Of a DNA stretch of 64,000 bases, positions 30,730 through 40,712 are shown piece by piece. Below the pieces are notes generated by a model that made no database searches, was not told the DNA's origin, and worked only from the letters and a program-made list of their open reading frames with translations. Each line of letters starts with the position of its first letter. Position 1 is the stretch's first letter. Origin of the DNA: Minisyncoccota bacterium (GTDB lineage Bacteria > Patescibacteriota > Minisyncoccia > Phycocordibacterales > UBA9973); contig JAQULK010000001.1 in NCBI GenBank assembly GCA_028718635.1, forward strand, positions 88,626-152,625, in the 5' to 3' direction. Position numbers and translations under genes: made by a program.

Positions 30730-30918
30730 GATTTCCTTTTCTAGCCTTTTAAAATAAGGGTAGAATCACAGGACGACCAATAGGTTCTGTAAACAAAAGG
30801 TTCTCACGATGTTACTATCTTCTCTGGAATTCAGTCAACTTGTACTATACCTCTCTTCAGAACTATGTTTTAAGGATAGTTCAAAAACAGCCAAAAGTCA
30901 ATTTAATGGAAAATTAAT

Positions 30919-31290
30919 GTGGATAACCCCCACACCTTTTGTTTTATACCTTCAGGTCATATAATGATTATTATGTATTATATATATGTTCTAAAAAGCA
31001 TAAAAGATGATAAATTATATATCGGTTCGACTAATGACCTGAAGCGAAGACTTTCGGAACACAACAATGGATTTAATCGTTCAACAAAAGCTAGGCGACC
31101 ATTTGAACTTCGCTATTATGAAGCTTGTGCCAATGAACATGATGCTAGAACTAGAGAATATAATTTAAAAAAAGATGGAAAAGCGCTTGGGCAACTAAAA
31201 AGAAGGATTTCCGAAAGTCTTAAATAAATCCCCACAACCTATTTGGATAGGTGTGGGGATAAAACGAAAGGTGTGGGGGATAACCCTTTT
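30919..31290. mobile_element. GIY-YIG gene bounded by inverted repeats (family B: TGTGGATAACCCCCACACCTTT / AAAGGTGTGGGGGATAACC)
   Basis: Inverted repeats at 30921..30942 and 31270..31290 enclose one small GIY-YIG ORF. A solo derivative lies at 61068..61216. Confidence 0.6.
30964..31227 (+). CDS. small GIY-YIG nuclease-family protein
   Basis: YYIYVLKS...KLYIGSTNDLKRRLSEHN pattern. Start placed after the inverted repeat. Confidence 0.65.
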   Translation: MIIMYYIYVLKSIKDDKLYIGSTNDLKRRLSEHNNGFNRSTKARRPFELRYYEACANEHDARTREYNLKKDGKALGQLKRRISESLK

Positions 31291-31337
31291 TACCTTAATT
31301 TGGTATTAAAAGTTAAAAACTATATAATGTAAACACC

Positions 31338-33713
31338 ATGGAACCAAAAGAACCAAAAATACACCGAAAACCAACAAAAAGAATAAATCTAATGCCTATT
31401 GAAAAATCAATATCTGAAATTGAAGAAGAAAGAAAAGATCTAGTAATTCCTGAGGAAGAAGCTGGAATCGAAAAAGAAATAGAGAATCTTCCACCAGAAG
31501 ATAAAGAAAAAATGGGGCGCTGGTATAATAATTTAGGCTTTAAGGCTGAAAAAGCAAAAAATGATATTTTTGCTAGTGTTTTTAATAAAGCACTGAAACT
31601 AAAAAATATTGACCCCAAAGGAACTACTGGAAAATTTTGCAAAGAAGCACTAGATGGTTTTGTACGTAATGCAAAAATTGCTGAAAAAAAAGCCAATGAC
31701 CCATCAGCGTTTAGTGATATTAAGAAAGGAGTATATATTAAAGGTAAAAAAAGAGGCATAACTATTAGCGCTGGAAAACAAAAATTTGCATCAAATGTCG
31801 GAGCTTTTTCTGGAAACGCTTTAAAATATCTCAGATTAATAGCTGACGCAACCGGACTCACGGTGGGTGCTGCTCATCGTGTGGTTATGGCAGCTGGTAT
31901 GGCGACTACTTGGTTGGCTGAAACTAGCAAAGAAACACGTTTTAAAAATGAAAAGTTGATTGCAAAAACTAGAATTGGTAAAGATATAACTCGAGAATCA
32001 AGCGCGGAAGAAGTAATGCAATTTTTGAAAGACAATGAAAAAGATATTGAAAAAGCTGAGGAAGAAGCTTGGAATATATACGAAAAAGCTGGAGGAACAT
32101 TTGAGAATGATAGTAAAGGGAATCGTATTTGGAAGGCAAATGATCTTTCCGCAGAAGATCTTAAAAATAAATATCTGATAGAAATACCAAAAGATTTGCA
32201 GAAAAGATTACAAAATCCAAGCTTAGCAAGTAATTTTATTCTGAGATTTGCTCAAAGAGCATTAAGAAGAGAGCTTCTTGGGTATAAGATAGAAGATCAC
32301 ATTCTTTTTGAAGGTTCAATATCAAGATTGAATAAAAAAATAGAAGAATTAGAAAATAGTAAAAGACTTACTCCTGAACAAAAAAAATATGAAATAGAAA
32401 AACTCATCACAAAACAAAAGAAAAATCTGGAAGATTATGATCGCATGATTACTCAATATGGCATTATCGATGGAACTGCTATGTTGCTGAAATATGCTCA
32501 AACAGCTGGAAAAGCCACAGTGGCAGTGTTGCAGGTAGAAACATTGGCTTTATCTGTAAACAAAATGTTTGAGGGAATCTCGCATCTTTTAACCTCGCAT
32601 AATATTCATCCAATTGAAGGAACTGGAAAATCTATAAAAGATATACTCCAAAAAGAAAAAACAGCAGAAGAACCAAGAATGCCTGAAGAAACAACTGCAC
32701 CTGAACATCCCGTTAAGCCAGAAATAAAACCAGAAGTAAAACCAGCTGAGACACCGGATCATAAAATAGAAGATAGTGTGGAAAAAGAAAATATAGTCAA
32801 ACCGCCAGAATCCGAAACTACTGAAACCTCCAAACCACCAGAGCCCGAAGCTGGAAATAAATCCACCGAAGCTACTTCAGAATCTAAAGTTGGGGCAGAA
32901 CAAGCACAAGCCGTAGAAAAAGAAGAGACAGAAACCGAAACAAAAACGGAAACAGAATCAAAAACAGCGCCTGCACCCGAAACACCTCCAGCAGAACCAG
33001 CACAGAAAACAGAGTTGGAATCATTAGTATTTAAAAAACCGATTACTCCTGAGGAATTAACTAAAACAATACAAGACCAATTAACTGCCAAAGAGCCTCC
33101 TGGAACTGTGCATATGGGAACACAATATAATACTGGGACACCATATGAAGTTGGAACATCATATAATACTGGTGAAATAAGAGGGACGGGCGGTGGAGGG
33201 TACGCAGAAAATTATTACGGAAACCAGCCAATAGTATTTGGAGGAAATAGATACTATCCTGACTCAGAAGGCCAGTATCATGATTTTCTTGGTAGACCAT
33301 ATTTTCCAAATCTTTCCCCCGAAGATAATTCTATTTTGCAACAACACCCGGAATTTGCAGAAAATCCTTACAACCTGCCTGAAACAAAATTGGTGCAAAT
33401 CTATGAAAACAGCCAAAAAGATTTGAGTTATATATTTAGAGATGAGCCATCGGGTTGGGATAAATACTTATCAAACTCCTTAAAGGAAGGAGCAAATAAA
33501 GTTTTAGAATACCAACAAAACCCAAGCGATGATCCAGCAGGCAACTATTTATCAGGTTATTTGAATATGCTTAAAAATCACGCAAATCTTAAACCAAAAG
33601 GAGGTTTCCTCGGGATGGGAGCTGAAAAAAGTGATCATTTTATTGCTCGCTGTTTACAAAAATTAGCATCAACTGGAGAGTTAGAAGTTTTTGAAGCAAA
33701 TCTAAGAAAATAA
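31338..33713 (+). CDS. large hypothetical protein (Lys/Glu-rich N-terminal half, Pro/Glu/Thr-rich linker, Tyr/Gly/Asn-rich C-terminal region)
   Basis: 791 aa uninterrupted ORF. Low-complexity linker PEHPVKPEIKPEVKPAETPDHK. Confidence 0.5.
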   Translation: MEPKEPKIHRKPTKRINLMPIEKSISEIEEERKDLVIPEEEAGIEKEIENLPPEDKEKMGRWYNNLGFKAEKAKNDIFASVFNKALKLKNIDPKGTTGKFCKEALDGFVRNAKIAEKKANDPSAFSDIKKGVYIKGKKRGITISAGKQKFASNVGAFSGNALKYLRLIADATGLTVGAAHRVVMAAGMATTWLAETSKETRFKNEKLIAKTRIGKDITRESSAEEVMQFLKDNEKDIEKAEEEAWNIYEKAGGTFENDSKGNRIWKANDLSAEDLKNKYLIEIPKDLQKRLQNPSLASNFILRFAQRALRRELLGYKIEDHILFEGSISRLNKKIEELENSKRLTPEQKKYEIEKLITKQKKNLEDYDRMITQYGIIDGTAMLLKYAQTAGKATVAVLQVETLALSVNKMFEGISHLLTSHNIHPIEGTGKSIKDILQKEKTAEEPRMPEETTAPEHPVKPEIKPEVKPAETPDHKIEDSVEKENIVKPPESETTETSKPPEPEAGNKSTEATSESKVGAEQAQAVEKEETETETKTETESKTAPAPETPPAEPAQKTELESLVFKKPITPEELTKTIQDQLTAKEPPGTVHMGTQYNTGTPYEVGTSYNTGEIRGTGGGGYAENYYGNQPIVFGGNRYYPDSEGQYHDFLGRPYFPNLSPEDNSILQQHPEFAENPYNLPETKLVQIYENSQKDLSYIFRDEPSGWDKYLSNSLKEGANKVLEYQQNPSDDPAGNYLSGYLNMLKNHANLKPKGGFLGMGAEKSDHFIARCLQKLASTGELEVFEANLRK

Positions 33714-33733
33714 ATTCATGCTATATTAGATGC

Positions 33734-35809
33734 GTGGATATAGAAGAAAAACATCTAAAAGGTCTAAATAGTGAGCAAAAAGAAGCGGCGCTTCATATGA
33801 AGGGACCGCTTTTGATTATTGCCGGAGCGGGAGCTGGGAAAACAAAAACGATTACGCACAGAATTGTAAATCTTATAAAAAACGGCGTGTCTCCCGATAA
33901 AATTTTGGCAGTGACCTTCACTAATAAGGCCGCTAAAGAAATGCGAGAGAGAATTATTTTAGAAATTAATAAAAACGCAAAAGGTCAAGAAAAAATTCCT
34001 TTCGTTTCCACTTTTCATTCTCTGGGAGTTTATATAATAAAAGAAAACGCCCGACTGCTCGGACTGACGAGATATTTTACTATTTTAGACGAAGGAGACG
34101 CGACCACTCTTATAAAAAATATTTTAAAAGAGCTTAGCATAGACCCGAAGCAATATGATCCAAAAAAAATAAAAAATATAATCTCGCGGGAAAAAGGAAA
34201 ATTTACAAATCTAACGGATTATATGGAGAAAGCCCTCTCCTTCGGGGAGGGTTGGGAGGGGTCTCTGGGTAAAATTACAGCTCAAGTTTGGAATTTGTAT
34301 GAAAAACAAAAAATGAAAGAGAATTCTTTAGACTTCGATGATCTGCTCTTAAAAGCGGTAAAACTACTGAAAGAAAACGAGGAAATTAGAAAAATATATC
34401 AAGAAAAATGGGAATATATCCACATTGATGAATATCAGGACACGAACGAAGCGCAATATTTGATGTCTAAATTACTTTCCGAAAAAAGTGGAAATATTTG
34501 CGTAGTCGGGGATGCCGATCAAAATATATATTCTTGGCGCGGAGCAAATTTGAAAAACATTCTGAATTTTGAAAAAGATTACCCGAATACAAAAATAATT
34601 TTGTTGGAACAAAATTACAGGTCTACAAAAAATATTCTAGAGGCGGCAAATGAAGTAATTAAGAAAAATAAATATAGGCCGGATAAAAATTTGTTTACGA
34701 AAAACATTGAAGGCGAAAAAATAGGCTTCTATGAAGCCCTAGACGAAACCGATGAAGCTGAATTCGTCGCCACAAAGATTATGGAGATACTAGACAGCGG
34801 GGCAGACTTGCTTTTTCGGGGTGTCTCGCAGGCTGACGAGCCGAGAGGCAGCGCTGTGCGAGCACGCACAGACAGCGACCCCGCAAAAGCAGAGTCTGCC
34901 CCGCTGTCTGAAATAGCCGTTTTGTATCGCGCAAATTTTCAATCGCGGGCGCTCGAAGAAGCGATGCTTCGGTACAATATTCCTTACCAAGTTTTAGGGG
35001 TTAAATTTTTTGAAAGAAAGGAAATAAAAGACACTCTCGTTTATTTGCGTGCAGCTCTCAATCCCGATAGCCTGTCTGATATAAAAAGGATCATTAATTT
35101 CCCATCGAGAGGCATTGGAAAAGTAACCTTGATGAAAATCTTTGCCGGCCAAAGAGAAACCCTGCCGGTAAAAATGCAAATAAAAATTAATAGTTTCTAT
35201 GAAACATTGGAAGAGATAAAGGAGAAAATAAATGATTTAAAAACAAGCGATCTCATAAAATTCGTAATAAAAAAGTCCGGAATTGAAACAGAACTTTCCT
35301 CTGGCACTGAAGAAGATATGGAAAGATTAGAAAACATCAAAGAGCTCGCCACCCTTGCGCTCAAATATGACAATCTAAAAAATGGAGCGGGTATAGAAAA
35401 ACTTTTAGAAGATGCCTCGCTTGCTTCAGATCAAGACTCTTTAATAATAAATCAAGAAAAGAAAGAAATAAAAAATGCGGTAAAATTAATGACAGTACAT
35501 GCTTCAAAAGGCCTTGAATTTGAATATGTTTTTGTTGTTGGATTAGAAGACGGGCTTTTTCCGCACGAGAGAATGGGAGACAGCCCAGCCTCCGCACAAG
35601 GCTTCGGCGAGACGCAGGAGGAAGAAAGAAGGCTTTTTTATGTGGCACTTACCCGCGCAAGGAGAAAATTATTTTTATCATTTGCGAATTTCCGCACTAT
35701 TTTCGGTTCGCGCAACATCAACGCTCCTTCAGAATTTATTTCTGATATTCCAGCAGATTTATTTGAAAGGGAAGGCGAAGATAGCGGGATAAAAACAATT
35801 TATTTATAA
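33734..35809 (+). CDS. uvrD: UvrD/PcrA-family ATP-dependent DNA helicase with two in-frame palindromic insertions
   Basis: Motif I AGAGAGKTKTITHR, DEYQDTN, and motifs V/VI. Insertions at about 34228..34268 and 34800..34905. Confidence 0.85.
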   Translation: MDIEEKHLKGLNSEQKEAALHMKGPLLIIAGAGAGKTKTITHRIVNLIKNGVSPDKILAVTFTNKAAKEMRERIILEINKNAKGQEKIPFVSTFHSLGVYIIKENARLLGLTRYFTILDEGDATTLIKNILKELSIDPKQYDPKKIKNIISREKGKFTNLTDYMEKALSFGEGWEGSLGKITAQVWNLYEKQKMKENSLDFDDLLLKAVKLLKENEEIRKIYQEKWEYIHIDEYQDTNEAQYLMSKLLSEKSGNICVVGDADQNIYSWRGANLKNILNFEKDYPNTKIILLEQNYRSTKNILEAANEVIKKNKYRPDKNLFTKNIEGEKIGFYEALDETDEAEFVATKIMEILDSGADLLFRGVSQADEPRGSAVRARTDSDPAKAESAPLSEIAVLYRANFQSRALEEAMLRYNIPYQVLGVKFFERKEIKDTLVYLRAALNPDSLSDIKRIINFPSRGIGKVTLMKIFAGQRETLPVKMQIKINSFYETLEEIKEKINDLKTSDLIKFVIKKSGIETELSSGTEEDMERLENIKELATLALKYDNLKNGAGIEKLLEDASLASDQDSLIINQEKKEIKNAVKLMTVHASKGLEFEYVFVVGLEDGLFPHERMGDSPASAQGFGETQEEERRLFYVALTRARRKLFLSFANFRTIFGSRNINAPSEFISDIPADLFEREGEDSGIKTIYL
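34800..34905. repeat. ~100-bp GC-rich palindromic element shared with cca (26518..26625)
   Basis: Core GGGGTGTCTCGCAGGCTGACGAGCCGAGAGGCAGCGCTGTGCGAGCACGCACAGACAGCGACCCC is identical at both loci. Short inverted flanks. In-frame in both host genes. Confidence 0.8.
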
Positions 35810-35813
35810 ATAT

Positions 35814-36695
35814 ATGATACACAAAGCAAAAAAATCCCTAGGGCAAAACTTTTTAAAATCTGAAATGGCCTTAAAAAAAATTGTTGAAGCCGGGGAAGTA
35901 AAAAAGAGCGATATAGTTTTAGAAATAGGACCAGGCAAAGGAGCGCTCACGTCTAAACTTTTAGAAAAAGCAAAAACTGTAATTGCGGTAGAGAAGGACC
36001 GCGAACTTTTTGAATTTTTAAAAGAAAAATTTAAAAAAGAAATAAAATCAAAATCTCTCCTCTTGATACAGGGAGATATTTTGGAGTTCGACCCCCTCTT
36101 AATCTCCCCCTTGGCAGGGGGAGAGGGAACAATTAACTACAAAATTATCGCCAACATTCCTTACAATATTACTGGTGCAATTTTGAAAAAGTTTTTGACG
36201 GCAAAAAATCAACCGGAGAGGATGATTTTAATGGTCCAGCACGAAGTGGCTAAACGCATAATGGCTCGCGACCCACGCCACGGCGGGGCAGGTGGCAAAG
36301 AAAGCATTCTTTCAATTTCGGTCAAAGCTTACGGTGAACCAAAGATGATTATGAAGGTGAATAAAAGATATTTTTCTCCTGCACCAAAAGTTGACTCAGC
36401 TATAATTGCGATAAAAAATATTTCTAGGGAAAGATTCACCTTATCCCAAAATTCACCTCACCCCAACCCTCTCCTTATTAAGGAGAGGGAGACATTTGAA
36501 GAAAAATTCTGGGAAATAGTAAAGACTGGTTTTGCACATAAAAGGAAAAAACTCTCCAGCAATCTAAAGAATGTTTGCCAAAGTGTTTGCCAAAGCAAGG
36601 CTTTGGCAAACTTGGGAAATAAAAGAGCTGAGGATTTAACTCTTAACGACTGGATTATGCTGACTAAAGGGGAGATGAGCCGACCATCGGAGTAA
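35814..36695 (+). CDS. rsmA: 16S rRNA (adenine1518/1519-N6)-dimethyltransferase
   Basis: LGQNFL and EIGPGKGALT motifs. Two in-frame GC-rich palindromic insertions encoding DPLLISPLAGGEGT and NSPHPNPLLIKERET. Confidence 0.85.
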   Translation: MIHKAKKSLGQNFLKSEMALKKIVEAGEVKKSDIVLEIGPGKGALTSKLLEKAKTVIAVEKDRELFEFLKEKFKKEIKSKSLLLIQGDILEFDPLLISPLAGGEGTINYKIIANIPYNITGAILKKFLTAKNQPERMILMVQHEVAKRIMARDPRHGGAGGKESILSISVKAYGEPKMIMKVNKRYFSPAPKVDSAIIAIKNISRERFTLSQNSPHPNPLLIKERETFEEKFWEIVKTGFAHKRKKLSSNLKNVCQSVCQSKALANLGNKRAEDLTLNDWIMLTKGEMSRPSE

Positions 36696-37641
36696 TCGTA
36701 CCTTCGGTAGGGATAATAATAACAGGATCGCCAGGTATCGCACAAACACCAGGCACTACATAAGCTCCGAGTAAATAATTGGTAAAAGGAATATTGTAAC
36801 TTGCGAATCCTTGAGTCCCAGGATAATAAGAAAGAAGCGTTACATAAGTTGGCGGAAGAGGTGAAATAGTTATCATCCAACTAGAATTAGCCGCGCAAAA
36901 AAAAGGAAAAATTAAAGCACCACCAAACGGTATGCCAGTCGCAGCTTGGGCTACAGGAGGAGTAATTCCTAAAAAGGAAAGGGCCTTTGAGACAGCTTTA
37001 TCAAAGAATCCCAGAAACGGATGCTCGTTCAAATCAAGACTTAATTTGCTTTCATTTATAAGTAATTCCTTAAATTTTTTACTATAGTCAATATTGCTAT
37101 TTGAGACCTCTTTCCTAAGAGTGTCTGCTATAACGCTGAGTTCTTTTTCACTCTTGCCGTTTTTTCTATTTACTTCTACAACTGTTTTAATAAATTGATC
37201 AAGGTTTGTATTGTTGGCGAAGGGGTTAGAGGTAGGAACAGGGTTTGAAGCTTTATTTACAACGTCGTTTGCAGTACCATCGCATTTGACACCAGTGGTT
37301 GGGCTATACCCGACAGCAGAAAGACAACCTGCTGGGTAGGTGGCATTCGTCTTAACGCTATTGAGCACCCCGCGAGTGATGGCTCCAACTATTCCATCAG
37401 CCACCAATCTATTATTTGACTGAAAAACGGAAACAGCAGCTTTAGTCAAAGGTCCGAAACTCCCATCTGCCGCTACTCCTATTTTTCTTTGTAGACACTG
37501 CACTTCAACACCCTTGAAACCCACTCTTAATGTAGAAGTAATTCTACAGTCATCTGGAACTGAAGCAGAAACTGCAAAAACTACCTGAGAAGAAAAGAAA
37601 AAAGTTAAAACAAAAAATAAATAAAAATATAACGGTCTCAT
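36664..37641 (-). CDS. secreted protein with peptidoglycan-binding (PG_binding_1-like) domain
   Basis: Signal peptide. LQRKIGVAADGSFGPLTKAAVSVFQ resembles PG-binding repeats. Confidence 0.5.
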   Translation of the reverse strand: MRPLYFYLFFVLTFFFSSQVVFAVSASVPDDCRITSTLRVGFKGVEVQCLQRKIGVAADGSFGPLTKAAVSVFQSNNRLVADGIVGAITRGVLNSVKTNATYPAGCLSAVGYSPTTGVKCDGTANDVVNKASNPVPTSNPFANNTNLDQFIKTVVEVNRKNGKSEKELSVIADTLRKEVSNSNIDYSKKFKELLINESKLSLDLNEHPFLGFFDKAVSKALSFLGITPPVAQAATGIPFGGALIFPFFCAANSSWMITISPLPPTYVTLLSYYPGTQGFASYNIPFTNYLLGAYVVPGVCAIPGDPVIIIPTEGTITPMVGSSPL

Positions 37642-37666
37642 TGAGCTAATTATATCACAAATTCAT

Positions 37667-38632
37667 TTGCTTGTGCTCCTCACTTATTGTTATAATTATA
37701 TTGTTATCAAAACATTTTTAGTAAAATACAAAAAGATACTTTTAGTCATCTTGGCGGTGCTCTTTTTGGTTGTACTTTTTCTAATAAAAAATAAAATAAT
37801 TTTCAAAAATACACTCAACCTCAATCAAAACAGACAGGGAAACGGACTCGTTTATGATGAAAATGCGACCATAGAAGACCTAGTAAACAAAGACACCGAC
37901 GGCGATGGAATACCGGATTGGCAAGAAGGTTTATATGGACTTGATCCAACAAAAAAAGAAACTACTCCAGGAATACCAGACAGCTCAGCGATAGAGAACT
38001 TGAGAGCAGCACAAGGAATCAATACAGAAACAATAAACGGAGGAAGTTCCTCCACAGGGACAGAAAATTTAACTCAAACTGAAAAATTCTCTAGAGAACT
38101 TTTTGCGACAGTTGCCGCCTTAAATCAAAATGGTCAAGTTGACCAGGCAACCATAGACGCGCTCAGTAATTCTCTAGCAGAAAAAGTAGAAAATTCTACT
38201 CAAAGAAAAGTCTACACGATTTCTGATATTAAAATAATAAACATTGACACAAAACAAGCTATACAAAAATACAGCGATGCTTTAAACGCTATTTATTTAA
38301 AACAACATATTAAAAAAAGTGTACCCATGGTCTTGCAAGAATTTATAGCAGATGAAACGAATTTAGATAAATTACTAGAACTTGATCCTATTATTAGTCA
38401 AGCAAATCAAACAATCAATGAATCATTAAAAATACAAGTGCCGCAATCTCTCTCAGCCTTGCATTTAGATTTAATAAATAATTTTCAAAGAATTGAAGAA
38501 AATGTAAGTGATATAAAACTTTTTGACAGCGACCCAATAGTGGCAATAGGTGCCATAACTCAATATGGAAACAATGCCATTGCTTTAGCAAAATCCGCTA
38601 AAAACTTAACAGATGCTATTAAGCAAAATTGA
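37667..38632 (+). CDS. hypothetical membrane-anchored protein
   Basis: N-terminal TM segment. Calcium-binding-like motif DTDGDGIPDWQEG. Confidence 0.45.
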   Translation: MLVLLTYCYNYIVIKTFLVKYKKILLVILAVLFLVVLFLIKNKIIFKNTLNLNQNRQGNGLVYDENATIEDLVNKDTDGDGIPDWQEGLYGLDPTKKETTPGIPDSSAIENLRAAQGINTETINGGSSSTGTENLTQTEKFSRELFATVAALNQNGQVDQATIDALSNSLAEKVENSTQRKVYTISDIKIINIDTKQAIQKYSDALNAIYLKQHIKKSVPMVLQEFIADETNLDKLLELDPIISQANQTINESLKIQVPQSLSALHLDLINNFQRIEENVSDIKLFDSDPIVAIGAITQYGNNAIALAKSAKNLTDAIKQN

Positions 38633-38669
38633 ACAACTAGGTAAAAAATTATATAATAAAAACAATAAA

Positions 38670-40712
38670 ATGATAACTAAAAATATGATAGTAAAAAAAT
38701 TTATCTCCGCTCTTTTAATTATTTTAATAGTTACACCGGCTGTTTTATTTTCTAGACCAAAAAAAGCAGATGCTATTGCTTGTGTTCCCGCAGACATTAC
38801 TGCAGTTGTAGGGACTGTAACTAGTGTGCCAGTTAATAGTACTATAGCTAATGCATATCTTGGTGATATTTGCGTATCTACAACCACAATGGCTCCATCA
38901 ACTCTAACTAATACTGCAACTACTGTAAAAGGGTGGTTACAATTAATAGCAGAACAAGCGCTTAGAGCAGTCGAAAGAAAACTCTTAGCACAAATGACTC
39001 AAGCCACCATAAATTGGATAAACTCTGATTTTCATGGACAGCCACTTTTCTTAACAAATCCTGGCTCTTTCTTTAACGACATAGCAAAATCAGAATTAAA
39101 AAATATAGTAAATAGGTACGGCTATGATCTCCGGATGTTTCCTTTTGGCAAACAGTTTGCTTTAAATGCAATAAATAGTTATAAAAGACAACTCGACGAC
39201 AATATGGGATACACTTTGAGCAAAGTGATGAATTCTGCGCAACAAGACAACTTTAGAAATAATTTCAATGTCGGCGGATGGAATGGGTTTTTAATAAATA
39301 CGCAATACCCCCAAAATAATTATTTGGGATTTCAAATGCTTGCAACCGATGAACTCGCTCGCCAACTTCAAGGCACCACCCAAAATGCTGCCCAGAAAGT
39401 ACAAACTGCTCTACAACAAGGCATGGGTTTTCTTTCTCCACAAACTTGTCCGTCTAACCCTAGTTACAACAATGGTGTAAATGAATTCCAAAAACCAAGT
39501 TTTGATTCATCGTCAGTGACATATAATTGCCCTGATGGTTGTGGCGTATCAGGAGCATTCCCGGAAGGAATGGAAATGATATGTAGTTCCTGCAATAGTA
39601 ACTATGAACAAGCCCTTGCCTCAGCCAAAGCAAAATGGGCAAAGACAAATACTTGTCCAGGCGGTTTAGTAAACACTACCCCGGGTTCTGTAGCGGCCAA
39701 TCAAATATTTGAAGCGTTGAATGTTCCAATAAAAGAAAAAACACTCACTGCGGCAATAGGGAAAGATGTAATGGATAGTATGGCTGCTATTATTGACGCT
39801 CTCTTAGGTCATTTTATAGATAAAGGCTTAAGTGCATTATCTGATACCATCAGCGGTACTCCTCCGCAAGATAACTGGAGCTATAATGGGGTCACTTTGG
39901 GAGGTGGAGAAAGTGGAGGAGGTGGCACAGCTGGAACTTTGAATATCCCCCAAAATGTTTCAGTTACTGTCGGACAAACAACCAGTACGACAATATCAGG
40001 CGGCTCAGGAACTTATAACGTTCAACCCCAATCAAGCACATCCTTGGCGATAGCGGTCGCTACGATTGACATTTCTGGTTCTCTTCCAAAACTCACAATA
40101 ACAGCAGGTACTACTCCGGGGACAACAACAATTGTTGTTCAAGATTCATCTAGCCCAGCTAAAACTGTCACTGTCACTATCACGGTAAGCGCTGCCGGAG
40201 CCATAGTGGTTACCCCGGCAAATATTTCGACCACGGTAGGCGGAGGAGGACAAGTCATCGCCACTATCTCTGGCGGAACAGAACCTTACTCTATTCAAAC
40301 AGGCCCCAATGAAACAATTGCGGTGGCTATTCTCTCTGGCACAAATTTAATCGTATCTAGTCTCACAACGAGTGGCACTACTTTTGTAGACATAAAAGAT
40401 TCTTCAAGCCCAGCTAAAACTGTTCGTGTCAATATAATAGTTAGCCCTACTAATTTGACCATCACTCCAGCAAGCATTTCAGTCAAAGTCGGCGAAGTAA
40501 ATAGCAATATGTCTATCTCAGGTGGCACACCACCCTACGTCATCACAAATCAACAAAATGTAACTATAGCAAACGCTGAAATTCTACCCACCACCCCTAC
40601 CACCCTCACCGTCACCGGCCGAGCATTAGGAGAAAGCACAGTAACAGTAACGATCAAAGATTCCTCAAATCCGGCAAAAACCGGCACCGCAAATATCGTA
40701 GTCACCCCGTAG
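38670..40712 (+). CDS. secreted surface protein with C-terminal tandem Ig-like (Big-type) repeats
   Basis: Signal peptide from the internal Met. At least three ~70-aa repeats each ending ...KDSSSPAKTV.V.I.VS. Confidence 0.55.
   Translation: MITKNMIVKKFISALLIILIVTPAVLFSRPKKADAIACVPADITAVVGTVTSVPVNSTIANAYLGDICVSTTTMAPSTLTNTATTVKGWLQLIAEQALRAVERKLLAQMTQATINWINSDFHGQPLFLTNPGSFFNDIAKSELKNIVNRYGYDLRMFPFGKQFALNAINSYKRQLDDNMGYTLSKVMNSAQQDNFRNNFNVGGWNGFLINTQYPQNNYLGFQMLATDELARQLQGTTQNAAQKVQTALQQGMGFLSPQTCPSNPSYNNGVNEFQKPSFDSSSVTYNCPDGCGVSGAFPEGMEMICSSCNSNYEQALASAKAKWAKTNTCPGGLVNTTPGSVAANQIFEALNVPIKEKTLTAAIGKDVMDSMAAIIDALLGHFIDKGLSALSDTISGTPPQDNWSYNGVTLGGGESGGGGTAGTLNIPQNVSVTVGQTTSTTISGGSGTYNVQPQSSTSLAIAVATIDISGSLPKLTITAGTTPGTTTIVVQDSSSPAKTVTVTITVSAAGAIVVTPANISTTVGGGGQVIATISGGTEPYSIQTGPNETIAVAILSGTNLIVSSLTTSGTTFVDIKDSSSPAKTVRVNIIVSPTNLTITPASISVKVGEVNSNMSISGGTPPYVITNQQNVTIANAEILPTTPTTLTVTGRALGESTVTVTIKDSSNPAKTGTANIVVTP

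Noticed and set aside
31313-31861. 182-aa minus-strand ORF overlapping the 5' part of 31338..33713
   Set aside because: Antisense to a much longer uninterrupted ORF. Low-complexity Phe/Ser-rich translation typical of a shadow ORF on Lys/Glu-rich coding sequence.
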